Origin: a bacterium
Lineage (GTDB): Bacteria; Patescibacteriota; Gracilibacteria; UBA4473
Direction of reading: 5' to 3'
DNA length: 64,000 nucleotides
Assembly (NCBI GenBank): GCA_009995455.1
Contig: JAACPJ010000001.1
Span: forward strand, 45,043-109,042
Shown here one piece after another: positions 56,181 to 64,000 of this stretch. Made by a program: the position numbers and the translations under genes. Under the pieces are notes generated by a model. The model saw only the letters and a list, made by a program, of their open reading frames with translations, was not told where the DNA came from and made no database searches. Numbering within the stretch: position 1 is the stretch's first letter; each line of letters begins with the position of its first letter.

Positions 56181-58175
56181 TTAAATCATTACCTCAATCA
56201 CGTAGTCTTTTCGAAAACGCTTATAAAGAATTTTCTCCGCCATCACTTTCATCGCAGACTCTAAACCTTTTTCAGGTCGAGCTGAATCATATTGACGAGT
56301 CCAAACATCTCGAAGCTCTTTTTCTAGTAACTGGAAAATTTCATTTTTTGGATCGGTAAACTGAAAACCACGAGCGCGCAGCTCCATATTTTTAATTTTT
56401 CCTTTTTCGTGTTCTACATTCACAATAATAATCCCCGTTTCCGAAATATCTTGTCGATCTTTCAGCACACTTTCTTGTACTTTTTCACCATTTTGAATTA
56501 ACACATTTTTTTGTGGAATAGCTTCTTTCTCGGTCATCAAACGAACCCCTTTGGAAGTCACAACCGCACCACGCCCATTTTTCATCACAATTACGTTTTC
56601 TGGTTTGTAACCTAAGTCACGCACCACCATTTCACCATGACCTTTTCGCATATAAACTTCACCATGAATTGGAGCCATGTATTTAGGATTTAAAAGCGCA
56701 CACATAAGCTTACACTCCTCGGCATTTCCATGCCCAGAAACATGCGTGTTCATATCTTTATGATCAATCACCTTGCAACCAATATCGGCTAAGTTGTTTA
56801 ATACTGAAACCACCGCCATATCATTCCCAGGGATTGGAGAAGAGGCAAACACCACCGTATCTTCTTTGCGAAGTGTTACTTTTGGATGTGTACCAGCGGC
56901 CATTCGGGTTAAGGCGGCTAATGTTTCTCCTTGTGATCCCGTAGAAAGAATCATCACTTTACTTGGGTCCATTTTATCGGCCTTCGGGCTCATAATCTGC
57001 AAAGTCTTTTCTTTACACTTAAGGTAGTTCAATTTTCGAGCTACCGCGATATTTCGCTCCATTGACCGCCCCGATAAAAACACCGTTCTTCCATCGGCTT
57101 CAGCCGCTTCAACGGCTTTCGCAACTCGACCAATATTTGAGGCAAATGTCGCCATTAAAATACGGCCTTTGCTACTCTTAATAATCTTAGCAATATCTTC
57201 AGCAATCACTCTTTCTGAAATAGTGTGTCCTGATTTAAGAGAATTCGTTGAATCAATCATTCCGAGAACCACTCCACGTCTACCAATTTCGGCAATTCGG
57301 CCTAAATCAGCCGGCTGATCATCGGCTGGATTATGATCAAATTTAAAATCTGAGCTATCAACAATTGCCCCATAAGGCGTGTTAACCACGATTCCAACCC
57401 CGTCAGGAATTGAGTGGTTTACGTGGAAAAACTCAACTTCGAATTTTCCCGCTTTAATCTTAGATTTTGGCGTTATTTCGGTGATTTTAAGTTTGTTTCG
57501 ATCTAAATGTTCATCGCACGTTAGTACTAAAAGTTCTTTCGTTAAACGGGTCGCAAATAAAGGTGGGTAACCTAAGTCTGGTAAAATATAAGGCGCGCCT
57601 CCAATATGATCCAAATGACCATGCGTATAGAAAACTCCTTTAATTTTATGCTTGTTTTTCACCAAATAAGTTAAATCTGGAACCACGGCATCGATACCTA
57701 AATGTTCTGGTGAGGCAAAAACAAGTCCCGTATCAATAATGATAATCGTGTCATCCCACTCAATAAACATCATGTTCATTCCGACTTGCTCCATTCCACC
57801 AATTGGAACCACTCTAATTTCGCCAGAAGGCGCAGACTTTATAAAGTTGGTTGGGTGAAATTTATCCCTTTTTTCAGCCGTTGGACGGTGAAAAGTTGGA
57901 TCATTACTGGTTGGTTTAGCCGACAAATTTGGTCGTCTAAAACCACCGCCTCCGCCGCCACTTTTATTACCGTTTCCGTTTTGGTTGCGGTTGTTGTTCG
58001 GGCGAGGTTTGCGATCAGCGTTATTATTTTGCGGAGTTGTATCGGTTGTTTTTTCGGTGTTAGTCGAAGTGGTTTCGTTTTTTTCAGCGGGCTTTGCTGC
58101 TGGGGCTGCAGTGGTTTTCTTTTTTCCAAAAAGTCCTTCTTTGTTCAGCCAATTTCCTAGTTTGTCTTCTGACAT
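56181..58175 (-). CDS. rnj: ribonuclease J with ~110-aa low-complexity N-terminal extension
   Basis: Beta-lactamase/beta-CASP core (YTHGHLDHIGG). Canonical start region IRVVPIGGMEQVGMN, preceded by an Asn/Gly/Thr/Pro/Lys-rich tract. Confidence 0.95.
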   Translation of the reverse strand: MSEDKLGNWLNKEGLFGKKKTTAAPAAKPAEKNETTSTNTEKTTDTTPQNNNADRKPRPNNNRNQNGNGNKSGGGGGGFRRPNLSAKPTSNDPTFHRPTAEKRDKFHPTNFIKSAPSGEIRVVPIGGMEQVGMNMMFIEWDDTIIIIDTGLVFASPEHLGIDAVVPDLTYLVKNKHKIKGVFYTHGHLDHIGGAPYILPDLGYPPLFATRLTKELLVLTCDEHLDRNKLKITEITPKSKIKAGKFEVEFFHVNHSIPDGVGIVVNTPYGAIVDSSDFKFDHNPADDQPADLGRIAEIGRRGVVLGMIDSTNSLKSGHTISERVIAEDIAKIIKSSKGRILMATFASNIGRVAKAVEAAEADGRTVFLSGRSMERNIAVARKLNYLKCKEKTLQIMSPKADKMDPSKVMILSTGSQGETLAALTRMAAGTHPKVTLRKEDTVVFASSPIPGNDMAVVSVLNNLADIGCKVIDHKDMNTHVSGHGNAEECKLMCALLNPKYMAPIHGEVYMRKGHGEMVVRDLGYKPENVIVMKNGRGAVVTSKGVRLMTEKEAIPQKNVLIQNGEKVQESVLKDRQDISETGIIIVNVEHEKGKIKNMELRARGFQFTDPKNEIFQLLEKELRDVWTRQYDSARPEKGLESAMKVMAEKILYKRFRKDYVIEVMI

Positions 58176-58390
58176 CTTATAAATGTATTAGTAAATTTTG
58201 ATTTATAGTGTCTCGGGCTTACAAATTAATTTTTCCTTTAGGCTTCCCTTTTACGTTTTAAGGAAGTTTGAATTTTAAATCTGTTCAGCTCTTTGAGCAC
58301 TTTTGTCTGCACTTTGGCAGAATGTTTGAGAATGGGTGCGCCCTGCTAAGCAAGACTGCTAAACCGAAATTCTCTATTTAAATCTGGTCT

Positions 58391-58419
58391 AGTGTAGGGC
58401 AATTGAAGGCATAAGTCAA
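58391..58419 (-). promoter_or_regulatory. candidate RNase J promoter
   Basis: Minus-strand TTGACT (58419-58414), 17 nt, TACACT (58396-58391). Implies a ~215-nt leader. Confidence 0.45.
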
Positions 58420-58467
58420 ACAAGCTCCACCATTAGAACTGGTAATGCGTCTTAAAATGTGTCGGTT

Positions 58468-58707
58468 TTATCCCAGTTTTCCGGCTGACTCTAAAGCGTA
58501 TAATTCACTATTACCGCCTACAAAGTTTCCATCTAAAAAAATCATAGGAACTGTCGGATAGCCACCAACCGAATCAGAGATTTTTTTTCTTAACCCAGGG
58601 TTTTTTGAAATGTCATGATCTTCAAATTCAATCCCTTTAATGTGCAAAAGGTCTTTTGCCATAATGCAGTAAGGACAAGTTGGTTTCGTATAAAGCACGG
58701 CTTTCAT
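58468..58707 (-). CDS. glutaredoxin
   Basis: 79 aa, CPYC active site, TVPMIFLDG motif. Confidence 0.85.
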   Translation of the reverse strand: MKAVLYTKPTCPYCIMAKDLLHIKGIEFEDHDISKNPGLRKKISDSVGGYPTVPMIFLDGNFVGGNSELYALESAGKLG

Positions 58708-58719
58708 ATTAAAAATAAA

Positions 58720-59019
58720 TTAAAAATCGTTACATATGACTAAGCCTGGAGCGGCAGGAAGAAGTTCCGGAGCACTACATTTATCGGATTTGCAGCCCGC
58801 CGCTTTACAGCCTGATTGAGCACTAGTGTAACATCTATTTTCGCCTTCAATATGCAAACAGAAAACCGTCGGGGGATTTTGCGCATCTTCATTCGAGTTA
58901 ATTTCCCACACAATATAATCTGGTTCGTTTAATGTAGTATTGCTAGATTCACTCATTGAAGGGGATTGTGCGCAAGCACTTAAGCCTAAACTCAATCCCA
59001 ACAATAAGTAATTTTTCAT
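58720..59019 (-). CDS. Cys-rich lipoprotein, hypothetical
   Basis: Lipobox LGLSAC; 7 further Cys in the mature part. Confidence 0.55.
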   Translation of the reverse strand: MKNYLLLGLSLGLSACAQSPSMSESSNTTLNEPDYIVWEINSNEDAQNPPTVFCLHIEGENRCYTSAQSGCKAAGCKSDKCSAPELLPAAPGLVICNDF

Positions 59020-59022
59020 AAA

Positions 59023-60027
59023 TTAAAGTTTTTCAACCAGTTCTACTAAACGACTTGAATATCCCCATTCGTTATCGTACCAAGCTAAAACTTTCACCAA
59101 ATCACCCATCACCATAGTTTCAGCCGCATCTACAATCGAAGATCTAGAATCTTGCTTGTAATCACTTGAAACTAAAGGACGAGTCTCAAATCCTAGGATA
59201 TGAGGCATTTTATCCGAAGCTGCCTTTAAGGCCGCATTCACTTCTTCCGCCGTGGCTCGCTTTTTAACCTGAACGGTTAGATCAACCAGTGATACGGTTG
59301 GAGTCGGAACCCGAACCGAAGTTCCAGTCATTTTTCCTTTTAATTCTGGAATTACCAAAGCTACAGCTTTAGCGGCACCGGTTGAAGTTGGGATAATATT
59401 TAAAGCCGCTGCTCGAGCGCGACGTAAATCACTATGACCCACATCTAAAATTCGTTGATCATTGGTGTAAGAATGGATTGTAGTCATTAACCCCGCTTCA
59501 ATACCAAAGCTATCATTAAGTACTTTAGCTACCGGAGCTAAACAATTTGTCGTACAAGAAGCACAAGAAAGAAGAGTTTCTTTACCCGTGATTGAATCAC
59601 AATTAACCCCAATTACGAAGGTAGAAAATCCGTCCCCTTTTGCCGGAGCCGAAAGCACTACTTTTTTAGCTCCTTGATCAATATGAGGCTGCGCGGTTTC
59701 AACGGTTCTAAAAACCCCCGTACATTCAAGCACGACGTCGATTTCTAGTTCTTTCCAAGGGAGTTCAGTGATGCTACGAGAACCAAAACTTCGAATCCGA
59801 TCATCACCAACCTGTAAAAATTCTTTCCCCTCTTCTTCAACGACTGAAACTTCTTTCCCTAGTCGCCCAAAGTTACTATCAAATTGAAACAGCAGCGCTG
59901 TTTGTTCTGATGGAGAAGGATCATTAATCGCTACTAATTCAAGGGTGTCTCGATGATCGGCCAGAATTATTCGAGCCGCAGCTCGTCCAATTCGTCCAAA
60001 TCCGTTAATGGCCACGCGTTTTTTCAT
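59023..60027 (-). CDS. gap: glyceraldehyde-3-phosphate dehydrogenase
   Basis: INGFGRIGR, SCASCTTNCLAP active site. Confidence 0.95.
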   Translation of the reverse strand: MKKRVAINGFGRIGRAAARIILADHRDTLELVAINDPSPSEQTALLFQFDSNFGRLGKEVSVVEEEGKEFLQVGDDRIRSFGSRSITELPWKELEIDVVLECTGVFRTVETAQPHIDQGAKKVVLSAPAKGDGFSTFVIGVNCDSITGKETLLSCASCTTNCLAPVAKVLNDSFGIEAGLMTTIHSYTNDQRILDVGHSDLRRARAAALNIIPTSTGAAKAVALVIPELKGKMTGTSVRVPTPTVSLVDLTVQVKKRATAEEVNAALKAASDKMPHILGFETRPLVSSDYKQDSRSSIVDAAETMVMGDLVKVLAWYDNEWGYSSRLVELVEKL

Positions 60028-60093
60028 GTGTATTTTGAAGATAAAATTCTGCCGTATTATACCCGAATTCAGCCTTTATGTGAACCCAAAACT

Positions 60094-60122
60094 TTGACAT
60101 TTAACCGAGTAAAATTTAATCT
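60094..60122 (+). promoter_or_regulatory. candidate thrS promoter
   Basis: TTGACA (60094-60099), 17 nt, TAATCT (60117-60122). Confidence 0.5.
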
Positions 60123-60130
60123 TTTATTCG

Positions 60131-60175
60131 ATGTTAAACTGCACCACCACCACGCTGACCCGTAAAACCGAATAA
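60131..60175 (+). CDS. Thr-codon leader peptide MLNCTTTTLTRKTE
   Basis: ATG TTA AAC TGC ACC ACC ACC ACG CTG ACC CGT AAA ACC GAA TAA, which is 6 Thr in 14 codons. It sits 8-9 nt after the -10 hexamer and 80 nt before thrS. Confidence 0.6.
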   Translation: MLNCTTTTLTRKTE

Positions 60176-60245
60176 ACGGCAGGTTTTGGTGACTTATATT
60201 TTACCCCAATGCTCCTGCCAAAAACTGCTGGAGACTTCTTTAATT
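60164..60245 (+). promoter_or_regulatory. candidate transcription attenuator (alternative 1:2 / 2:3 / 3:4 helices)
   Basis: Three mutually exclusive pairings. AAAACC (60164-69) pairs with GGUUUU (60182-87). GGCAGG (60178-83) pairs with CCUGCC (60214-19). CUCCUGC (60212-18) pairs with GCUGGAG (60227-33), followed by ACUUCUUUAAUU. Confidence 0.45.
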
Positions 60246-60255
60246 GAAAAATCCT

Positions 60256-62013
60256 ATGAACGCTTCTGAATTAACCCTTGAAGAACGACGCCGTCATACC
60301 GGCTCCCATGTCTTATCTTACGCCGTCGGAATGGCCTTCAAAGACGTTAAAAGAGGTGTAGGACCACATACAGAAACGGGTTTTTACCAAGATTTTGATT
60401 TTGGCGACCAAGACGTTTCAGACAAAGATTTTAAAGCAATCGAAAAAAAGATGCGCTGGATTGTAAACAAAGACTTTAAAGTTGTACGTGAAGAAAAAAC
60501 ACCAGCCGAAGCTCGCGAGTATTTTGCCAATGATGAATATAAACTCGAACTTATCGACGAAATTGAGGCTCGGGGAGAAACGCTTACTTTTCATAATTTT
60601 GTAAATGAAGGTGGTGAACCGGTCTATCAAGACTTATGTATGGGCGGACATTTAAACTCAACCGGTGAACTAGGGGTTTTCAAGCTGACTAAAATGGCCG
60701 GCGCTTACTGGCGCGGTTATAGCGACCGCACCATGATGAATCGAATCTATGGTGTGGCTTTTAAAGACGAAGCCGAACTTAAAGCCTATCAAGAATTATT
60801 AGAAGAAGCGGCCAAACGCGACCACCGTAAACTTGGAGCGGAACTAGATTTATTCACTTTTTCTGAAAAAGTTGGTTCTGGTTTGCCGCTTTTTACGCCA
60901 AAAGGGGCCTTTATGCGCAACCAAATCAAAAACACAATTATGGATATTCAAGGCCAGTATGGCTTTGAAGAAGTGTATATTCCTCATATTACTAAAAAAG
61001 AGCTGTACGAAACCTCAGGGCATTGGGATAAATTTAAAGACGACTTATTCCACGTAAAGGGCAAAGGCGATACTGAGTTTGTGATGAAGCCAATGAACTG
61101 TCCGCATCACACTCAAATCTACGCTTCACAAATGCGTTCTTACCGAGATTTACCGATTCGTTACGCGGAAACCACCACCTGTTACCGTGATGAGCTACCG
61201 GGAGAACTACTTGGATTGAGCCGCGTTCGTGCCCTCACTCAAGATGATGGACATGTTTTTTGTACCAATGATCAAGTGGGTGAAGAAGTACAAAATTTAG
61301 TAAAAGTGGTTCGTGAGTTTTACACCAAATTAGGCATGTGGAGCGAAGATCAATTTTGGGTGAGTTTATCGGTTCGTGATATGGCTAATAAAGAGAAATA
61401 TTTAGGGCAAGATGAACACTGGAGCCAAGCCGAAGATTTTTTAGAATCCGTAGCACAAGGCGAAAAATTACCTTACAAAAGAGTCGAAGGAGAGGCAGCC
61501 TTTTATGGACCAAAATTAGATTTTCAATTCAAAGATGCCATTGGCCGTGAATGGCAATTGGCTACCATTCAAATAGATTTTGTACAACCAGAACGGTTTG
61601 AGCTGGAGTACATTAATGCCAAAGGTGAAAAAGAACGTCCCGTTATGATTCACCGCGCCATTGCCGGAAGTCTAGAACGATTTATGAGTGTGATTATTGA
61701 ACATTTTGCCGGCGCTTTCCCGGCTTGGCTCGCTCCAGTACAAGCTCATATTTTACCCGTAAACCAAGTGCACGAAGACTTTGCCTATAACTTAGCGGCT
61801 CAGTTAAAAGACGCTGGTGGAAGAGTAGAGGTTTACAATCCAACCGACAGTTTAGGCAAAAGAATTCGTAACTCTCAAACCAAGAAAATTCCATACACAC
61901 TTGTTGTGGGAGATAACGAAATGAATTCAGGAAAAGTGAACGTCCGCTCTTACGGCAGTGAAAAAGAAGAAACCATGGGACTCGACCAATTTATTGAACG
62001 ACTGAACGCTTAA
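60256..62013 (+). CDS. thrS: threonyl-tRNA synthetase (no TGS domain)
   Basis: Starts in the editing domain (RRHTGSHVLSYAV). Class II core (MNCPHH, FRDLPIRY-like, GSLERF) and an anticodon-binding C-terminus. Confidence 0.95.
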   Translation: MNASELTLEERRRHTGSHVLSYAVGMAFKDVKRGVGPHTETGFYQDFDFGDQDVSDKDFKAIEKKMRWIVNKDFKVVREEKTPAEAREYFANDEYKLELIDEIEARGETLTFHNFVNEGGEPVYQDLCMGGHLNSTGELGVFKLTKMAGAYWRGYSDRTMMNRIYGVAFKDEAELKAYQELLEEAAKRDHRKLGAELDLFTFSEKVGSGLPLFTPKGAFMRNQIKNTIMDIQGQYGFEEVYIPHITKKELYETSGHWDKFKDDLFHVKGKGDTEFVMKPMNCPHHTQIYASQMRSYRDLPIRYAETTTCYRDELPGELLGLSRVRALTQDDGHVFCTNDQVGEEVQNLVKVVREFYTKLGMWSEDQFWVSLSVRDMANKEKYLGQDEHWSQAEDFLESVAQGEKLPYKRVEGEAAFYGPKLDFQFKDAIGREWQLATIQIDFVQPERFELEYINAKGEKERPVMIHRAIAGSLERFMSVIIEHFAGAFPAWLAPVQAHILPVNQVHEDFAYNLAAQLKDAGGRVEVYNPTDSLGKRIRNSQTKKIPYTLVVGDNEMNSGKVNVRSYGSEKEETMGLDQFIERLNA

Positions 62014-62952
62014 ATGCTGAATTCTATACCGGTACAGTGGCGAGGCTTTAGCCTGGCCGCTTTGGCCATGATTTCTTTTACCATTGGTTCACTTGGAACT
62101 AAGTTAGCCCTTAATGCCAGCGCTATAGATTTTTACAGTATAGCCATTTGGGGCTGGGGAAGTGGGATGGTCGCCGCTACGCTCTTTTTTTTCTTGCCCC
62201 TTAAAAGTCAACGAGAAGAATTGTTACCCGAATTAAAAAAACATAAACAATTCTTTGGAATTATTTCCGTTTTAACCCTTATTAACGGCTCCACTTGGTT
62301 TTATGGTATGTCGCAAATTAACGGCGGTGTAGTGGCTTTGCTCGATCAAAATGTGATTGTTTGGTCATTTTTACTAGGAGCATTATTTTTAGGGGAACGT
62401 TTTAGCTGGCGGCAACTCTCGGCTATTTCTATTACCATTCTAGGTCTTGTAATCATCTCCAATTTAAAAGGGGAAGTCACTCTTCTGGGTATTCTTTGCT
62501 TACTGACTTGTGGGCTTTCAATTTCACTACAAAGTTTACTGATTAAAAAATATAAACTGCCATTTAATGCCTTGGCATTAGCCTTTTGGCGGGGTTGGGC
62601 CATGGTCATATTTTCATTCCTCATTAGTTTATCACTCGGTATTTTTCAATCGCAAATTGAACTCTATGCCTTAATAACCGTGGGTGTGGCTCAATTTTTT
62701 GGGCTTTTTGTGGGTCGAGCCGCCTACATTAAAGCGCATGAGTTTTTACCCATGTCACATTTAAGTTTTTTGATGCTAGGAATCCCAATAATCGTGCTTC
62801 TAAGCAGTTTTGTCGTTTTAAATGAACCAGTCAGTCTGCAAAAAATCATCGGCGCTCTCGTCATGCTTTCTGGGCTTATTTGGTTTTTCACTCGAAAAGC
62901 GAAAAGAGCCAAACAAAAAAAAGCCGAACCACTCGTGTCCGGCTTAAACTAA
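62014..62952 (+). CDS. EamA/DMT-family transporter
   Basis: 10-TM-like, two EamA halves. The ATG directly follows the thrS stop (TAAATG). Confidence 0.75.
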   Translation: MLNSIPVQWRGFSLAALAMISFTIGSLGTKLALNASAIDFYSIAIWGWGSGMVAATLFFFLPLKSQREELLPELKKHKQFFGIISVLTLINGSTWFYGMSQINGGVVALLDQNVIVWSFLLGALFLGERFSWRQLSAISITILGLVIISNLKGEVTLLGILCLLTCGLSISLQSLLIKKYKLPFNALALAFWRGWAMVIFSFLISLSLGIFQSQIELYALITVGVAQFFGLFVGRAAYIKAHEFLPMSHLSFLMLGIPIIVLLSSFVVLNEPVSLQKIIGALVMLSGLIWFFTRKAKRAKQKKAEPLVSGLN

Positions 62953-62971
62953 ACGCTGAAGTGTATTTACT

Positions 62972-63265
62972 TTAAAAAGGTAAGTCTTCTGGTTGAAGAT
63001 CTTCTTGCGCTGGCGCTGGTTTAGCGGCTTTTGGCGCCTCTTCGCTATTTCCACCACTTGGTTTCCAGGTATCAACTTCTAAATAATGTGTCATTCCACC
63101 CGCTGATGGTTCTCGACGTTCTTTAACGTTCAAATTAATCCAACCATTACTTAAATTAGCCTGCATCTTTTCAAGATCTTCGGCTGTTAAGCTCAACTTC
63201 ATTAGGTCACCATACTGTGTAGTTATTTTTTTTCCGTTACCGACATAAATTTTTTCTTCTGACAT
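62972..63265 (-). CDS. small protein with SSB-like acidic C-terminal tip (EDLPF)
   Basis: 97 aa. Globular N-terminal ~70 aa, a Pro/Ala/Lys linker, and the C-terminus ...QEDLQPEDLPF, resembling the DDDIPF tip of bacterial SSB. Confidence 0.45.
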   Translation of the reverse strand: MSEEKIYVGNGKKITTQYGDLMKLSLTAEDLEKMQANLSNGWINLNVKERREPSAGGMTHYLEVDTWKPSGGNSEEAPKAAKPAPAQEDLQPEDLPF

Positions 63266-63371
63266 GAATATTTGGGGTTATTTCAGGATTCATAATATAC
63301 AAAAATCTAAGTCTTACGAGAAACCTTTTTAATGTTTTTTTAATTTAAGTAGAGCTTTCTTTTTAAAATAA

Positions 63372-63399
63372 TAAAAAAAAACCGATCTTAAGACCGGTT
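63372..63399 (-). terminator. rho-independent terminator of rpsG
   Basis: Minus-strand AACCGGUC-UUAA-GAUCGGUU plus a U-run. It pairs fully (one G-U) only on the minus strand. Confidence 0.7.
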
Positions 63400-63425
63400 T
63401 TAGTTTTGAAGTTGAAATAAATTTC

Positions 63426-63962
63426 TTAGTAACGAGCCAAGTGAGCAAAAGCTTTATTAGCTTGAGCCATTCGGTGAACGTCTTCTTTACGTCCGTAGGC
63501 AAAACCCGTTTCGTTTGAAGCGTCTAAAAGTTCAGCGGCTAATCTTTTAAACATTGGCTGTCCTTTCTTTTTACGAGCCCCTTCAAGTACCCAACGAATA
63601 CAAAGTGATTGTTGTCGTTTCTCGGTTACTTCCATTGGAATTTGGTAAACCGCCCCACCGATACGTTTGGCTTTTACTTCCATCGCTGGAGTGGCGTTTT
63701 TAAGCGCTAATTCAAAACACTTTAATGGATCATCTTGTCCACGTCTGTGCATTTCTTCAAGGGTGTCTTTTAAAATTTTAACGGCCACCGTTTTTTTACC
63801 GTTTTTCATAATACAGTTCACAAATTTGTCTTGCAGAGGATCGGCAAAAGAAAATTGGCTTACGTATTTTTTTCGCGGTTTAGCCGCAGCTTTTTCGGTT
63901 GTTTGAGCGGTGCTTTTTTCAGGCGCTGCTTTGCTCTTTGGCGCTACTTTTTTGTCTGACAT
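63426..63962 (-). CDS. rpsG: 30S ribosomal protein S7 with Lys/Ala-rich N-terminal extension
   Basis: DKFVNCIMKNGKKTVAVKIL and AFAHLARY. About 28 extra N-terminal residues relative to E. coli S7. Confidence 0.95.
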   Translation of the reverse strand: MSDKKVAPKSKAAPEKSTAQTTEKAAAKPRKKYVSQFSFADPLQDKFVNCIMKNGKKTVAVKILKDTLEEMHRRGQDDPLKCFELALKNATPAMEVKAKRIGGAVYQIPMEVTEKRQQSLCIRWVLEGARKKKGQPMFKRLAAELLDASNETGFAYGRKEDVHRMAQANKAFAHLARY

Positions 63963-64000
63963 TGTCGTACAATTAATAAATAAATTATAAAAAAAAGGGA

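Noticed and set aside
59953-60165. 70-aa ORF ending in HHHH, which reads CACCACCACCAC as a His run, in the thrS upstream region.
   Set aside because: It begins inside the gap gene on the opposite strand and crosses the predicted promoter. The same bases read as ACC ACC ACC ACG (Thr) in a short ORF placed correctly for a thrS leader peptide.

Overview
Densely coding 64-kb bacterial chromosome segment, moderately AT-rich by eye. All calls rest on my own reading of the ORF track and of intergenic DNA; no searches were run. About 70 protein genes are mostly housekeeping:
- rpmH-rnpA-yidC, holB plus a PSP1/RicT-like gene, and the purine genes purH, a PurQ-PurS fusion, purB and guaB.
- frr, a Mur ligase, der, aspS, thrS, efp, grpE, mnmA, glyA, trmB.
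- RNase Y, RNase J, tsaD, folK-folE, gap, rpsG.
- aroD and trpC-trpF...trpB-trpA, with three unrelated genes inserted in the trp operon.

Accessory content:
- A 1458-aa SLH-anchored S-layer-type protein with a long leader.
- A RAYT (REP-associated Y1 transposase) gene in a nest of the 12-bp palindrome CATCCCGGGATG, which recurs as intergenic doublets.
- A GC-rich 0.37-kb islet holding the only Shine-Dalgarno-led ORF I could find.
- A methionine-centred cluster: MetA-family acyltransferase, FMO-like flavoprotein, free Met-sulfoxide reductase, glyA.

Most interesting signals are regulatory:
- A Thr-codon leader peptide (MLNCTTTTLTRKTE) with a four-segment attenuator topology upstream of thrS.
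- A Met-codon leader peptide (MAMAMMM...) plus an intrinsic terminator upstream of metA.
- A promoter-plus-terminator leader of unknown sensor type upstream of glyA.

No rRNA, tRNA or CRISPR array was recognised. Native genes lack Shine-Dalgarno motifs, and promoters look sigma70-like (TTGACN-16/18-TAnnnT). The gene set (RNase J plus RNase Y, SLH S-layer, sigma-r4/HARE-HTH protein, small-genome look) suggests an uncultivated CPR/Patescibacteria-like or related lineage, but that is inference only.
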